64,000 nucleotides of DNA, from NCBI GenBank assembly GCA_964016885.1, contig OZ024745.1:84754001-84818000 (forward strand), given 5' to 3'. The first letter of the stretch is position 1. Every line of letters begins with the position of its first letter. Origin of the DNA: Eledone cirrhosa. Lineage: Eukaryota. Positions 30,001 to 45,000 of the stretch are shown piece by piece. Position numbers and translations under genes: made by a program. A model generated the notes under the pieces. That model ran no database searches. It saw nothing but the letters and a program-made list of their open reading frames with translations, and was not told where the DNA came from.

Positions 30001-33000
30001 ACCCGAATTACTTGATCGTTTTTTTGGATATGCGAATGATTGTTTAACCATCGTCTCAGTGTGTTTGGCCTTTAAAGTTTGTTATAGCTCTGGTTCATCT
30101 GAATCATTGTGCACTTGCCGCACATCTCGGAGGTTGTTTTTCGTTATTTCGTGGGTCGAAATGCGAATCTCGATAATTTATGTTTGTATTATTCTCCAAG
30201 CTCTAGCTATTGACCAGTTAATTTTCTTGATTTTTTTAGTTGATTCTATTGACTGATGAATAGCTTATGTTAATTTTAACCCTTTTGTTGAGAACTCTAT
30301 TCGATTTGGGATGTTTTTGCATTCTTGCAAAAATATACACGACTGAATTCATACGCCTGATATAGGGGTTTCCTAACTTGCCGATCCCCACGTGGGGTCA
30401 GCAATAGTCAGTCCTTGTATTAACATTGAACTAAAACCTCTTGAGAAAGTGGCTTCCTTGTTCAATCATCTTACCAGCTGGCTGACGTTATTTATGTAAG
30501 CGGACGGTACTTGATTTAGGTGCCGCAGAAACCCATATACTGGATTTTACCTACCTTGTAGGGCTCCGGGTAAATTTTCAATACCCGAATTAGTTGATGG
30601 TTTTTTTTTTGGATATTCGAATGATTGTTTAACCATCGTCTCAGTGTGTTTGGCCTTTACCGTTTGTTATAGTTCTGGTTCATCTGAATCCTCGAGCACT
30701 TGCCGCACATCTCGAAGGTTGTTTTTCGTTATTTCGTGGGCCCAAATGCGAATCTCGATAATTTATGTTTGTATTATTCTCCAGACTCTAGCAATTGACC
30801 AGTTAATTTTATTGATTTTTTTAGTTGATTCTATTGACTGATGAATAGCGTATGTTAATTTTAACCCTTCTGTTGAGAACTCCATTCGATTTGTGATGTT
30901 TTTGCATTCTTGCAAAAATATACACGACTGAATTCATACGCCTGATATAGGGGTTGCCTCCCTAGCTGATCCCCACGTGGGTCAGCAATAGTCAGTCCTT
31001 GTATTAACATTGAACTACAACCTGTTGAGAAAGAGGCTTCCTTGTTCAATCATCTTACCAGCTGGCTGACATTATTTATGTAAGCGGACGGTACTTGATT
31101 TAGGTGCCGCAGAAACCCATATACTGGATTTTACCAATTTTCCAGGGGTCCGGGTAAATTTTCAATACCCGAATTACTTGATCGTTTTTTTGGATATGCG
31201 AATGATTGTTTAACCATCGTCTCAGTGTGTTTGGCCTTTAACGTTTGTTATAGCTCTGGTTCATCTGAATCATTGTGCACTTGCCGCACATCTCGGAGGT
31301 AGTTTTTCGTTATTTCGTGGGTCGAAATGCGAATCTCGATAATTTATGTTTGTATTATTCTCCATGCTCTAGCTATTGACCAGTTAATTTCCTTGATTTT
31401 TTTCGTTGATTCTATTGACTTATGAATAGCTTATGTTAATTTTAAACCTTCTGTTGAGAACTCTATTCGATTTGTGATGTTTTTGCATTCTTGCAAAAAT
31501 ATATACGACTGAATTCATACGCCTGATATAGGGGTTGCCTCCCTAGCTGATCCCCACGTGGGTCAGCAATAGTCAGTCCTTGTATTAACATTGAACTACA
31601 ACATGTTGAGAAAGTGGCTTCCTTGTTCAATTATCTTACCAGCTGGCTGACATTATTTATGTAAGCGGACGGTACTTGATTTAGGTGCCGCAGAAACCCA
31701 TATACTGGATTTGACCGATTTTCCAGGGGTCCGGGTAAATTTTCAATACCCGAATTAGTTGATCGTTTTTTTTTGGGGATATGCGAATGATTGTTTAACC
31801 ATCGTCTCAGTGTGTTTGGCCTTTACCGTTTGTTATAGCTCTGGTTCATCTGAATCCTCGAGCACTTGCCGCACATCTCGAAGGTTGATTTTCGTTATTT
31901 TGTGGGCCGAAATGCGAATCTCGATAATTTATGTTTGTATTATTCTCCAGACTCTAGCTATTGACCAGTTAATTTTCTTGATTTTTTAGTTGATTCTATT
32001 GACTGATGAATAGCTTATGTTAATTTTAAACCTTCTGTTGAGAACTCTATTCGATCTGTGATGTTTTTGCATTCTTGCAAAAATATACACGACTGAATTC
32101 ACACGCCTGATATAGGGGTTGCCTCCCTTGCCGAACTCCACGTGGGGTCAGCAATAGACAGTCCTTGTATTAACATTGAACTAAAAGCTGCAGAGAAAGT
32201 GGCTTCCTTGTTCAATCATCTTACCAGCTGGCTGACGTTATTTATGTAAGCGGACGGTACTTGATTTAGGAGCCGCAGAAACCCATATGTTGGATTTTAC
32301 CAACCTTCTAGGGCTCCGGGTAAATTTTCAATACCCGAATTATTTGATCGTTTTTTAGGATATGCGAATGATTGTTTAACCATCGTCTCAGTGTGTTTGG
32401 TTTAAACGTTTGTTATAACTCTGGTTCATCTGAATCATTGAGCAGTTGCCGCACATCTCGGAGGTTGTTTTTCGTTATTTTGTGGGCCGAAATGCGAATC
32501 TCGATAATTTATGTTTGCATTATTCTCCAGACTCTAGCTATTGGCCAGTTAATTTTCTTGATGTTTTTAGTTGATTCTATTGACTGATGAATAGCTTATG
32601 TTAATTTTAACCCTCTGTTGAGAACTCTATTCGATCTGGGATGTTTTTGCATTCTTGCAAAAATATACACGACTGAATTCATACGCCTGATATAGGGGTT
32701 TTCTCCCTTGCCGATCCCCACGTGGGGTCAGCAATAGTTAGTCCTTGTATTAATATTGAACTAAAACCTGTTGAGAAAGTGGCTTCCTTGTTCAATCATC
32801 TTACCAGCTGGCTGACATTATTTATGTAAGCGGACGGTACTTGATTTAGGTGCCGCAGAAACCCATATACTGGATTTTTCCAACCTTCCAGGGGTCCGGG
32901 TAAATTTTCAATACCCGAATTACTTGATCGTTTTTTTGGATATGCGAATGATTTTTTAACCATCGTCTTAGTGTGTTTGGCCTTTAACGTTTGTTATAGC

Positions 33001-36000
33001 TCTGGTTCATCTGAATCTTTGTGCACTTGCCGCACATCTCGGAGGTTGTATTTCGTTATTTCGTGGGCCCAAATGCGAATCTCGATAATTTATGATTGTA
33101 TTATTTTCCAGACTCTAGCTATTGACCAGTTAATTTTCTTGATTTTTTTAGTTGATTCTATTGACTGATGAATAGCTATGTTAATTTTAACCCTTCTGTT
33201 GAAAACTCTATTCGATTTGGGATGTTTTTGCATTCTCGCAAAAATATACACGACTGAATTCATACGCCTGATATAGGGGGTTCTTTCCTTGCCGATCCCC
33301 ACATGGGGCCAGCAATAGTCAGTCCTTGTATTAATATTGAAATAAAACCTGTTGAGAAAGTGGCTTCCTTGTTCAATCATCTTACCAGCTGGCTGACATT
33401 ATTTATGTAAGCGGACGGTACTTGATTTAGGTGCCGCAGAAACCCATATACTGGATTTTTCCAACCTTCCAGGGGTCCGGGTAAATTTTCAATACCCGAA
33501 TTACTTGATCGTTTTTTTGGATATGCGAATGATTGTTTAACCATCGTCTCAGTGTGTTTGGCCTTTAACGTTTGTTATAGCTCTGGTTCATCTGAATCTT
33601 TGTGCACTTGCCGCACATCTCGGAGGTTGTTTTTCGTTATTTCGTAGGCCGAAATGCGAATTTCGATAATATATGTTTGTATTATTCTCCAGACTCTAGC
33701 AATTGACCAGTTAATTTTCTTGATTTTTTTAATTGATTCTATTGACTGAGTAATAGCTTATGTTAATTTTAACCCTTCTGTTGAAAACTCTATTCGATTT
33801 GTGATGTTTTTGCATTCTTGCAAAATCATACACGACTGAATTCATACGGCTGATATAGGGGTTGCCTCCCTTGCCGATCCCCACATGGGGCCAGCAATAG
33901 TCAGTCCTTGTATTAACATTGAACTAAAACCTCTTGAGAAAGTGGCTTCCTTGTTCAATCATCTTACCAGAAGCCTGACATTATTTATGTAAACGGACGG
34001 TACTTGATTTAGGTGCCGCAGAAACCCATATACTGGATTTGACCAAGCTTCCAGGGGTCCGGGTAATTTTCAATACCCGAATTACTTGATCGTTTTTTTT
34101 TTGGATATGCGAACGATTGTTTAACCATCGTCTCAGTGTGTTTGGCCTTTACCGTCTGTTATAGCTCTGGTTCATCTGAATCCTCGAGCACTTGCCGCAA
34201 ATCTCGAAGGTTGTTTTTCGTTATTTCGTGGGTCGAAATGCGAATCTCGATAATTTATGTTTGTATTATTCTCCAGACTCTAGCAATTGACCAGTTAATT
34301 TTCTTGAATTTTTTTGTTGATTCTATTGACTGATGAATAGCGTATGTTAATTTTAACCCTTCTGTTGAGAACTATATACGATTTGTGATGTTTTTGCATT
34401 CTTGCAAATATATACACGACTGAATTCATACGCCTGATATAGGGGTTGCCTCCCTTGCTGATCCCCACGTGGGTCAGCAATAGTCAGTCCTTGTATTAAC
34501 ATTGAACTACAACCTGTTGAGAAAGTGGCTTCTTTGTTCAATCATCTTACCAGAAGCCTGACATTATTTATGTGAGCGGACGCTACTTGATTTAGGAACC
34601 GCAGAAACCCATATACTGGATTTTACCAATTTTCCAGGGGTTCGGATAAATTTTCAATACCCGAATTACTTGAACTTTATTTTGGATATGCGAATGATTT
34701 TTTAACCATCGTCTCAGTGTGTTTGACCTTTAACGTTTGTTATAGCCCTGGTTCATCTGAATCGTCGAGCACTGCCGCACATCTCGAAGGTTGTTTTTCG
34801 TTATTTCGTGGGCCGAAATGCGAATTTCGATAATATATGTTTGTATTATTCTTAAGACTCTAGCAATTGACCAGTTAATTTTCTTGATTTTTTTTGTTGA
34901 TTCTATTGACTGAGTAATAGCTTATATTATGTTGAGAACTCTATTCGGTTTGTGATGTTTTTGCATTCTTGTAAAAATATACACGACTGAATTCATACGG
35001 CTGATATAGGGGTTTCCTCCCTTGCCGATCCCCACGTGGGGTCAGCAATAGTCAGTCCTTGTATTAACATTGAACTAAAAGCTGTTGAGAAAGTGGCTTT
35101 CGTGTTCAATCATCTTACCAGCTGGCTGACGTTATTTATGTAAGCGGATGGTACTTGATTTAGGTTCCGCAGAAACCCATATACTGGATTTTACCAACCT
35201 TCCAGGGGTCCGTGTAAATTTTCAATACCCGAATTACTTGATCGTTTTTTTGGATATGCGAATGATTGTTTAACCATCGTCTCAGTGTGTTTGGCCTTTA
35301 ACGTTTGTTATAGCTCTGGTTCATCTGAATCATTGTGCACTTGCCGCACATCTCGGAGGTTGGTTTTCGTTATTTCGTGGGTCGATATGCGAATCTCGAT
35401 ATGCGAATCTCGATCGTTATTTCGTGGCCGAAATGCGAATTTCGATAATATATGTTTGTATTATTCTCCAAGCTCTAGCTATTGACCAGTTAATTTTCTT
35501 GATTTTTTTAGTTGATTCTATTGACTGATGAATAGCTTATGTTAATTTTAACCCTTCTGTTGAGAACTCTATTCGATTTGGGATGTTTTTGCATTCTTGC
35601 AAAAATATACACGACTGAATTCATATGCCTGATATAGGGGTTTCCTAACTTGCCGATCCCCACGTGGGGTCAGCAATAGTCAGTCCTTGTATTAACATTG
35701 AACTAAAACCTCTTGAGAAAGTGGCTTCCTTGTTCAATCATCTTACCAGAAGCCTGACATTATTTATGTAAGCGGACGGTACTTGATTTAGGTGCCGCAG
35801 AAACCCATATATTGGATTTTACCAACATTCCAGGGGTCCCGGTAAATTTTCAGTACCCGAATTACTTGATCGTTTTTTTGGATATGCGAATGATTGTTTA
35901 ACCGTCGTCTCAGTGTGTTTGGCCTTTACCGTTTGTTATAGCCCTGGTTCATCTGAATCGTCGAGCACTGCCGCATATCTCGAAGGTTATTTTTCGTTAT

Positions 36001-39000
36001 TTCGTGGGCCGAAATGCGAATTTCGATAATATATGTTTGTATTATTCTTAAGACTCTAGCAATTGACCAGTTAATTTTCTTGATTTTTTTAGTTGATTCT
36101 ATTGACAGAGTAATAGCTTATGTTAATTTTAACCCTTCTGTTGAGAACTCTATTCGATTTGTGATGTTTTTGCATTCTTGCAAAAATATAGAGGACTGAA
36201 TTCATACGGCTGATATAGGGGTTTCCTCCCTTGCCGATCCCCACGTGGGGTCAGCAATAGTCAGTCCTTGTATTAACATTGAACTAAAAGCTGTTGAGAA
36301 AGTGGCTTTCGTGTTCAATCATCTTACCAGCTGGCTGACGTTATTTATGTAAGCGGACGGTACTTGATTTAGGTTCCGCAGAAACCCATATACTGGATTT
36401 TACCAACCTTCCAGGGGTCCGTGTAAATTTTCAATACCCGAATTACTTGATCGTTTTTTTGGATATGCGAATGATTGTTTAACCATCGTCTCAGTGTGTT
36501 TGGCCTTTAACGTTTGTTATAGCTCTGGTTCATCTGAATCATTGTGCACTTGCCGCACATCTCGGAGGTTGTTTTTCGTTATTTCGTGGGTCGAAATGCG
36601 AATCTCGATAATTTATGTTTGTATTATTCTCCAAGCTCTAGCTATTGACCAGTTAATTTTCTTGATTTTTTTAGTTGATTCTATTGACTGATGAATAGCT
36701 TATGTTAATTTTAATCCTTCTGTTGAGAACTCTATTCGATTTGGGATGTTTTTGCATTCTTGCAAAAATATACACGACTGAATTCATACGGCTGATATAG
36801 GGGTTTCCTAACTTGCCGATCCCCACGTGGGGTCAGCAATAGTCATTCCTTGTATTAATATTGTACTAAAACCTCTTGAGAAAGTGGCTTCCTTGTTCAA
36901 TCATCTTACCAGAAGCCTGACATTATTTATGTAAGCGGACGGTACTTGATTTAGGTGCCGCAGAATCCCATATATTGGATTTTACCAACATTCCAGGGGT
37001 CCCGGTAAATTTTCAGTACCCGAATTACTTGATCGTTTTTTTGGATATGCGAATGATTGTTTAACCATCGTCTCAGTGTGTTTGGCCTTTACCGTTTGTT
37101 ATAGACCTGGTTCATCTGAATCGTCGAGCACTGCCGCATATCTCGAAGGTTGTTTTTCGTTATTTCGTGGGCCGAAATGCGAATTTCGATAATATATGTT
37201 TGTATTATTCTTAAGACTCTAGCAATTGACCAGTTAATTTTCTTGATTTTTTTAGTTGATTCTATTGACAGAGTAATAGCTTATGTTAATTTTAACCCTT
37301 CTGTTGAGAACTCTATTCGATTTGTGATGTTTTTGCATTCTTGCAAAAATATACACGACTGAAATCATACGGCTGATATAGGGGTTTCCTCCCTTGCCGA
37401 TCCCCACGTGGGGTCAGCAATAGACAGTCCTTGTATTAACATTGAACTAAAAGCTGCTGAGAAAGTGGCTTCCTTGTTCAATCATCTTACCAGCTGGCTG
37501 ACGTTATTTATGTAAGCGGACGGTACTTGATTTAGGTGCCGCAGAAACCCATATACTGGATTTTCCAACCTTCTAGGGCTCCGGGTAAATTTTCAATACC
37601 CGAATTAGTTGATCGTTTTTTTTTTGGATATGCGAATGATTGTTTAACCATCGTCTCAGTGTGTTAGGCCTTTACCGTTTGTTATAGCTATGGTTCATCT
37701 GAATCCTCGAGGACTTGCCGCACATCTCGAAGGTTGTTTTTCGTTATTTCGTGGACCAAAATGGCTTTCGTGTTCAATCATCTTACCAGCTGGCTGACGT
37801 TTGGATTTTACCAACCTTCCAGGGGTCCGGGTAAATTTTCAATACCCGAATTATTTGATCGTTTTTTTGGATATGCGAATGATTGTTTAACCATCGTCTC
37901 AGTGTGTTTGGTTTTTAACGTTTGTTATAACTCTGGTTCATCTGAATCATTGAGCACTTGCCGCACATCTCGGAGGTTGTTTTTCGTTATTTTGTGGGCC
38001 GAAATGCGAATCTCGATAATTTATGTTTGTATTATTCTCCAGACTCTAGCTATTGGCCAGTTAATTTTCTTGATGTTTTTATTTGATTCTATTGACTGAT
38101 GAATAGCTTATGTTAATTTTAACCCTCTGTTGAGAACTCTATTCGATTTGGGATGTTTTTGCATTCTTGCAAAAATATACACGACTGAATTCATACGCCT
38201 GATATAGGGGTTTCCTCCCGTGCCGATCCCCACGTGGGGTCAGCAATAGTCAGTCCTTGTATTAATATTGAACTAAAAGCTGTTGAGAAAGTGGCTTCCT
38301 TGTTCAATCATGTTACCAGCTGGCTGACATTATTTATGTAAGCGGACGGTACTTGATTTAGGTGCCGCAGAAACCCATATACTGGATTTGACCAAGCTTC
38401 CAGGGGTCCGGGTAATTTTCAATACCCGAATTACTTGATCGTTTTTTTTTTGGATATGCGAATGATTGTTTAACCATCGTCTCAGTGTGTTTGGCCTTTA
38501 CCGTCTGTTATAGCTCTGGTTCATCTGAATCCTCGAGCACTTGCCGCAAATCTCGAAGGTTGTTTTTCGTTATTTCGTGGGTCGAAATGCGAATCTCGAT
38601 AATTTATGTTTGTATTATTCTCCAGACTCTAGCAATTGACCAGTTAATTTTCTTGAATTTTTTTGTTGATTCTATTGACTGATGAATAGCGTATGTTAAT
38701 TTTAACCCTTCTGTTGAGAACTATATACGATTTGTGATGTTTTTGCATTCTTGCAAATATATACACGACTGAATTCATACGCCTGATATAGGGGTTGCCT
38801 CCCTTGCTGATCCCCACGTGGGTCAGCAATAGTCAGTCCTTGTATTAACATTGAACTACAACCTGTTGAGAAAGTGGCTTCTTTGTTCAATCATCTTACC
38901 AGAAGCCTGACATTATTTATGTGAGCGGACGCTACTTGATTTAGGAACCGCAGAAACCCATATACTGGATTTTACCAATTTTCCAGGGGTTCGGATAAAT

Positions 39001-42000
39001 TTTCAATACCCGAATTACTTGAACTTTATTTTGGATATGCGAATGATTTTTTAACCATCGTCTCAGTGTGTTTGACCTTTAACGTTTGTTATAGCCCTGG
39101 TTCATCTGAATCGTCGAGCACTGCCGCACATCTCGAAGGTTGTTTTTCGTTATTTCGTGGGCCGAAATGCGAATTTCGATAATATATGTTTGTATTATTC
39201 TTAAGACTCTAGCAATTGACCAGTTAATTTTCTTGATTTTTTTTGTTGATTCTATTGACTGAGTAATAGCTTATGTTATGTTGAGAACTCTATTCGATTT
39301 GTGATGTTTTTGCATTCTTGCAAAAATATACACGACTGAATTCATACGGCTGATATAGGGGTTTCCTCCCTTGCCGATCCCCACGTGGGGTCAGCAATAG
39401 TCAGTCCTTGTATTAACATTGAACTAAAAGCTGTTGAGAAAGTGGCTTTCGTGTTCAATCATCTTACCAGCTGGCTGACGTTATTTATGTAAGCGGATGG
39501 TACTTGATTTAGGTTCCGCAGAAACCCATATACTGGATTTTACCAACCTTCCAGGGGTCCGTGTAAATTTTCAATACCCGAATTACTTGATCGTTTTTTT
39601 GGATATGCGAATGATTGTTTAACCATCGTCTCAGTGTGTTTGGCCTTTAACGTTTGTTATAGCTCTGGTTCATCTGAATCATTGTGCACTTGCCGCACAT
39701 CTCGGAGGTTGGTTTTCGTTATTTCGTGGGTCGATATGCGAATCTCGATATGCGAATCTCGATCGTTATTTCGTGGCCGAAATGCGAATTTCGATAATAT
39801 ATGTTTGTATTATTCTCCAAGCTCTAGCTATTGACCAGTTAATTTTCTTGATTTTTTTAGTTGATTCTATTGACTGATGAATAGCTTATGTTAATTTTAA
39901 CCCTTCTGTTGAGAACTCTATTCGATTTGGGATGTTTTTGCATTCTTGCAAAAATATACACGACTGAATTCATATGCCTGATATAGGGGTTTCCTAACTT
40001 GCCGATCCCCACGTGGGGTCAGCAATAGTCAGTCCTTGTATTAACATTGAACTAAAACCTCTTGAGAAAGTGGCTTCCTTGTTCAATCATCTTACCAGAA
40101 GCCTGACATTATTTATGTAAGCGGACGGTACTTGATTTAGGTGCCGCAGAAACCCATATATTGGATTTTACCAACATTCCAGGGGTCCCGGTAAATTTTC
40201 AGTACCCGAATTACTTGATCGTTTTTTTGGATATGCGAATGATTGTTTAACCATCGTCTCAGTGTGTTTGGCCTTTACCGTTTGTTATAGACCTGGTTCA
40301 TCTGAATCGTCGAGCACTGCCGCATATCTCGAAGGTTGTTTTTCGTTATTTCGTGGGCCGAAATGCGAATTTCGATAATATATGTTTGTATTATTCTTAA
40401 GACTCTAGCAATTGACCAGTTAATTTTCTTGATTTTTTTAGTTGATTCTATTGACAGAGTAATAGCTTATGTTAATTTTAACCCTTCTGTTGAGAACTCT
40501 ATTCGATTTGTGATGTTTTTGCATTCTTGCAAAAATATACACGACTGAATTCATACGGCTGATATAGGGGTTTCCTCCCTTGCCGATCCCCACGTGGGGT
40601 CAGCAATAGACAGTCCTTGTATTAACATTGAACTAAAAGCTGCTGAGAAAGTGGCTTCCTTGTTCAATCATCTTACCAGCTGGCTGACGTTATTTATGTA
40701 AGCGGACGGTACTTGATTTAGGTGCCGCAGAAACCCATATACTGGATTTTACCAACCTTCCAGGGGTCCGGGTAAATTTTCAATACCCGAATTATTTGAT
40801 CGTTTTTTTGGATATGCGAATGATTGTTTAACCATCGTCTCAGTGTGTTTGGTTTTTAACGTTTGTTATAACTCTGGTTCATCTGAATCATTGAGCACTT
40901 GCCGCACATCTCGGAGGTTGTTTTTCGTTATTTTGTGGGCCGAAATGCGAATCTCGATAATTTATGTTTGTATTATTCTCCAGACTCTAGCTATTGGCCA
41001 GTTAATTTTCTTGATGTTTTTATTTGATTCTATTGACTGATGAATAGCTTATGTTAATTTTAACCCTCTGTTGAGAACTCTATTCGATTTGGGATGTTTT
41101 TGCATTCTTGCAAAAATATACACGACTGAATTCATACGCCTGATATAGGGGTTTCCTCCCGTGCCGATCCCCACGTGGGGTCAGCAATAGTCAGTCCTTG
41201 TATTAATATTGTACTAAAACCTCTTGAGAAAGTGGCTTCCTTGTTCAATCATCTTACCAGAAGCCTGACATTATTTATGTAAGCGGACGGTACTTGATTT
41301 AGGTGCCGCAGAATCCCATATATTGGATTTTACCAACATTCCAGGGGTCCCGGTAAATTTTCAGTACCCGAATTACTTGATCGTTTTTTTGGATATGCGA
41401 ATGATTGTTTAACCATCGTCTCAGTGTGTTTGGCCTTTACCGTTTGTTATAGACCTGGTTCATCTGAATCGTCGAGCACTGCCGCATATCTCGAAGGTTG
41501 TTTTTCGTTATTTCGTGGGCCGAAATGCGAATTTCGATAATATATGTTTGTATTATTCTTAAGACTCTAGCAATTGACCAGTTAATTTTTTTGATTTTTT
41601 TAGTTGATTCTATTGACTGATGAATAGCTTATGTTAATTTTAACCCTTCTGTTGAGAACTCTATTCGATTTGTGATGTTTTTGCATTCTTGCAAAAATAT
41701 ACACGACTGAATTCATACGGCTGATATAGGGGTTTCCTCCCTTGCCGATCCCCACGTGGGGTCAGCAATAGACAGTCCTTGTATTAACATTGAACTAAAA
41801 GCTGCTGAGAAAGTGGCTTCCTTGTTCAATCATCTTACCAGCTGGCTGACGTTATTTATGTAAGCGGACGGTACTTGATTTAGGTGCCGCAGAAACCCAT
41901 ATACTGGATTTTCCAACCTTCTAGGGCTCCGGGTAAATTTTCAATACCCGAATTAGTTGATCGTTTTTTTTTTGGATATGCGAATGATTGTTTAACCATC

Positions 42001-45000
42001 GTCTCAGTGTGTTAGGCCTTTACCGTTTGTTATAGCTATGGTTCATCTGAATCCTCGAGGACTTGCCGCACATCTCGAAGGTTGTTTTTCGTTATTTCGT
42101 GGACCAAAATGGCTTTCGTGTTCAATCATCTTACCAGCTGGCTGACGTTTGGATTTTACCAACCTTCCAGGGGTCCGGGTAAATTTTCAATACCCGAATT
42201 ATTTGATCGTTTTTTTGGATATGCGAATGATTGTTTAACCATCGTCTCAGTGTGTTTGGTTTTTAACGTTTGTTATAACTCTGGTTCATCTGAATCATTG
42301 AGCACTTGCCGCACATCTCGGAGGTTGTTTTTCGTTATTTTGTGGGCCGAAATGCGAATCTCGATAATTTATGTTTGTATTATTCTCCAGACTCTAGCTA
42401 TTGGCCAGTTAATTTTCTTGATGTTTTTATTTGATTCTATTGACTGATGAATAGCTTATGTTAATTTTAACCCTCTGTTGAGAACTCTATTCGATTTGGG
42501 ATGTTTTTGCATTCTTGCAAAAATATACACGACTTAATTCATACGCCTGATATAGGGGTTTCCTCCCGTGCCGATCCCCACGTGGGGTCAGCAATAGTCA
42601 GTCCTTGTATTAATATTGAACTAAAAGCTGTTGAGAAAGTGGCTTCCTTGTTCAATCATGTTACCAGCTGGCTGACATTATTTATGTAAGCGGACGGTAC
42701 TTGATTTAGGTGCCGCAGAAACCCATATACTGGATTTTACCAACCTTCCAGGGGTCCGGGTAAATTTTCAATACCCGAATTATTTGATCGTTTTTTTGGA
42801 TATGCGAATGATTGTTTAACCATCGTCTCAGTGTGTTTGGTTTTTAACGTTTGTTATAACTCTGGTTCATCTGAATCATTGAGAACTTGCCGCACATCTC
42901 GGAGGTTGTTTTTCGTTATTTTGTGGGCCGAAATGCGAATCTCGATAATTTATGTTTGTATTATTCTCCAGACTCTAGCTATTGGCCAGTTAATTTTCTT
43001 GATGTTTTTAGTTGATTCTATTGACTGATGAATAGCTTATGTTAATTTTAACCCTCTGTTGAGAACTCTATTCGATTTGGGATGTTTTTGCATTCTTGCA
43101 AAAATATACACGACTGAATTCATACGCCTGATATAGGGGTTTCCTCCCGTGCCGATCCCCACGTGGGGTCAGCAATAGTCAGTCCTTGTATTAATATTGA
43201 ACTAAAACCTGTTGAGAAAGTGGCTTCCTTGTTCAATCATCTTACCAGCTGGCTGACATTATTTATGTAAGCGGACGGTACTTGATTTATATCCCGCAGA
43301 AACCCATATACTGGATTTTACCAACCTTCCAGGGGTCCGGGTAAATTTTCAATACCCGAATTAGTTGATCGTTTTTTTTTTGGATATGCGAATGATTGTT
43401 TAACCATCGTCTCAGTGTGTTTGGCCTTTAACGTTTGTTATAGCTCTGGTTCATCTGAATCTTTGTGCACTTGCCGCACATCTCGGAGGTTGTATTTCGT
43501 TATTTCGCGGGCCGAAATGCGAATCTCGATAATTTATGTTTGTATTATTCTCCAGACTCTAGCTATTGACCAGTCAATTTTCTTGATTTTTTTAGTTGAT
43601 TCTATTGACTGATGAATAGCTATGTTAATTTTAACCCTTCTGTTGAAAACTCTATTCGATTTGTGATGTTTTTGCATTCTTGCAAAAATATACACGACTG
43701 AATTCATACGCCTGATATAGGGGTTGCCTCCCTTGCCGATCCCCACGTGGGGTCAGCAATAGTCAGTCCTTGTATTAACATTGAACTAAAACCTGTTGAG
43801 AAAGTGGCTTCCTTGTTCAATCATCTTACCAGCTGACTGACATTATTTATGTAAGCGGACGGTACTTGATTTAGGTGCCGCAGAAACCCATATACTGGAT
43901 TTTTCCAACCTTCCAGGGGTCCGGGTAAATTTTCTATACCCGAATTACTTGATCGTTTTTTTGGATATGCGAATGATTGTTTAACCATCGTCTCAGTGTG
44001 TTTGGCCTTTAACGTTTGTTATAGCTCTGGTTCATCTGAATCTTTGTGCACTTGCCGCACATCTCGGAGGTTGTATTTCGTTATTTCGCGGGCCGAAATG
44101 CGAATCTCGATAATTTATGTTTGTATTATTCTCCAGACTCTAGCTATTGACCAGTCAATTTTCTTGATTTTTTTAGTTGATTCTATTGACTGATGAATAG
44201 CTATGTTAATTTTAACCCTTCTGTTGAAAACTCTATTCGATTTGTGATGTTTTTGCATTCTTGCAAAAATATACACGACTGAATTCATACGCCTGATATA
44301 GGGGTTGCCTCCCTTGCCGATCCCCACGTGGGGTCAGCAATAGTCAGTCCTTGTATTAACATTGAACTAAAACCTGTTGAGAAAGTGGCTTCCTTGTTCA
44401 ATCATCTTACCAGAAGCCTGACATTATTTATGTAAGCGGACGGTACTTGATTTAGGTGCCGCAGAAACCCATATATTGGATTTTACCAACCTTCCAGGGG
44501 TCCGGGTAAATTTTCAGTACCCGAATTACTTGATCGTTTTTTTTTTGGATATGCGAATGATTGTTTAACCATCGTCTCAGTGTGTTTGGCCTTTACCGTT
44601 TGTTATAGCTCTGGTTCATCTGAATCCTCGAGCACTTGCCGCACATCTCGAAAGTTGTTTTTCGTTAGTTCGTGGCCCGAAATGCGAATCTCGATAATTT
44701 ATGTTTGTATTATTCTCCAGACTCTAGCTATTGATCAGTTAATTTTCTTGATTTGTTTAGTTGATTCTATTGACTGATGAATAGCTTATGTTAATTTTAA
44801 CCCTTCTGTTGAGAACTCTATTCGATTTGGGATGTTTTTGCATTCTTGCAAAAATATACACAACTGAATTCATTTGCCTGATATAGGTGTTGCCTCCCTT
44901 GCCGAACTCACGTGGGGTCAGCAATAGTCAGTCCTTGTATCAACATTGAACTAAAACCTGTTGAGAAAGTGGCTTCCTTGTTCAATCATCTTACCAGAAG

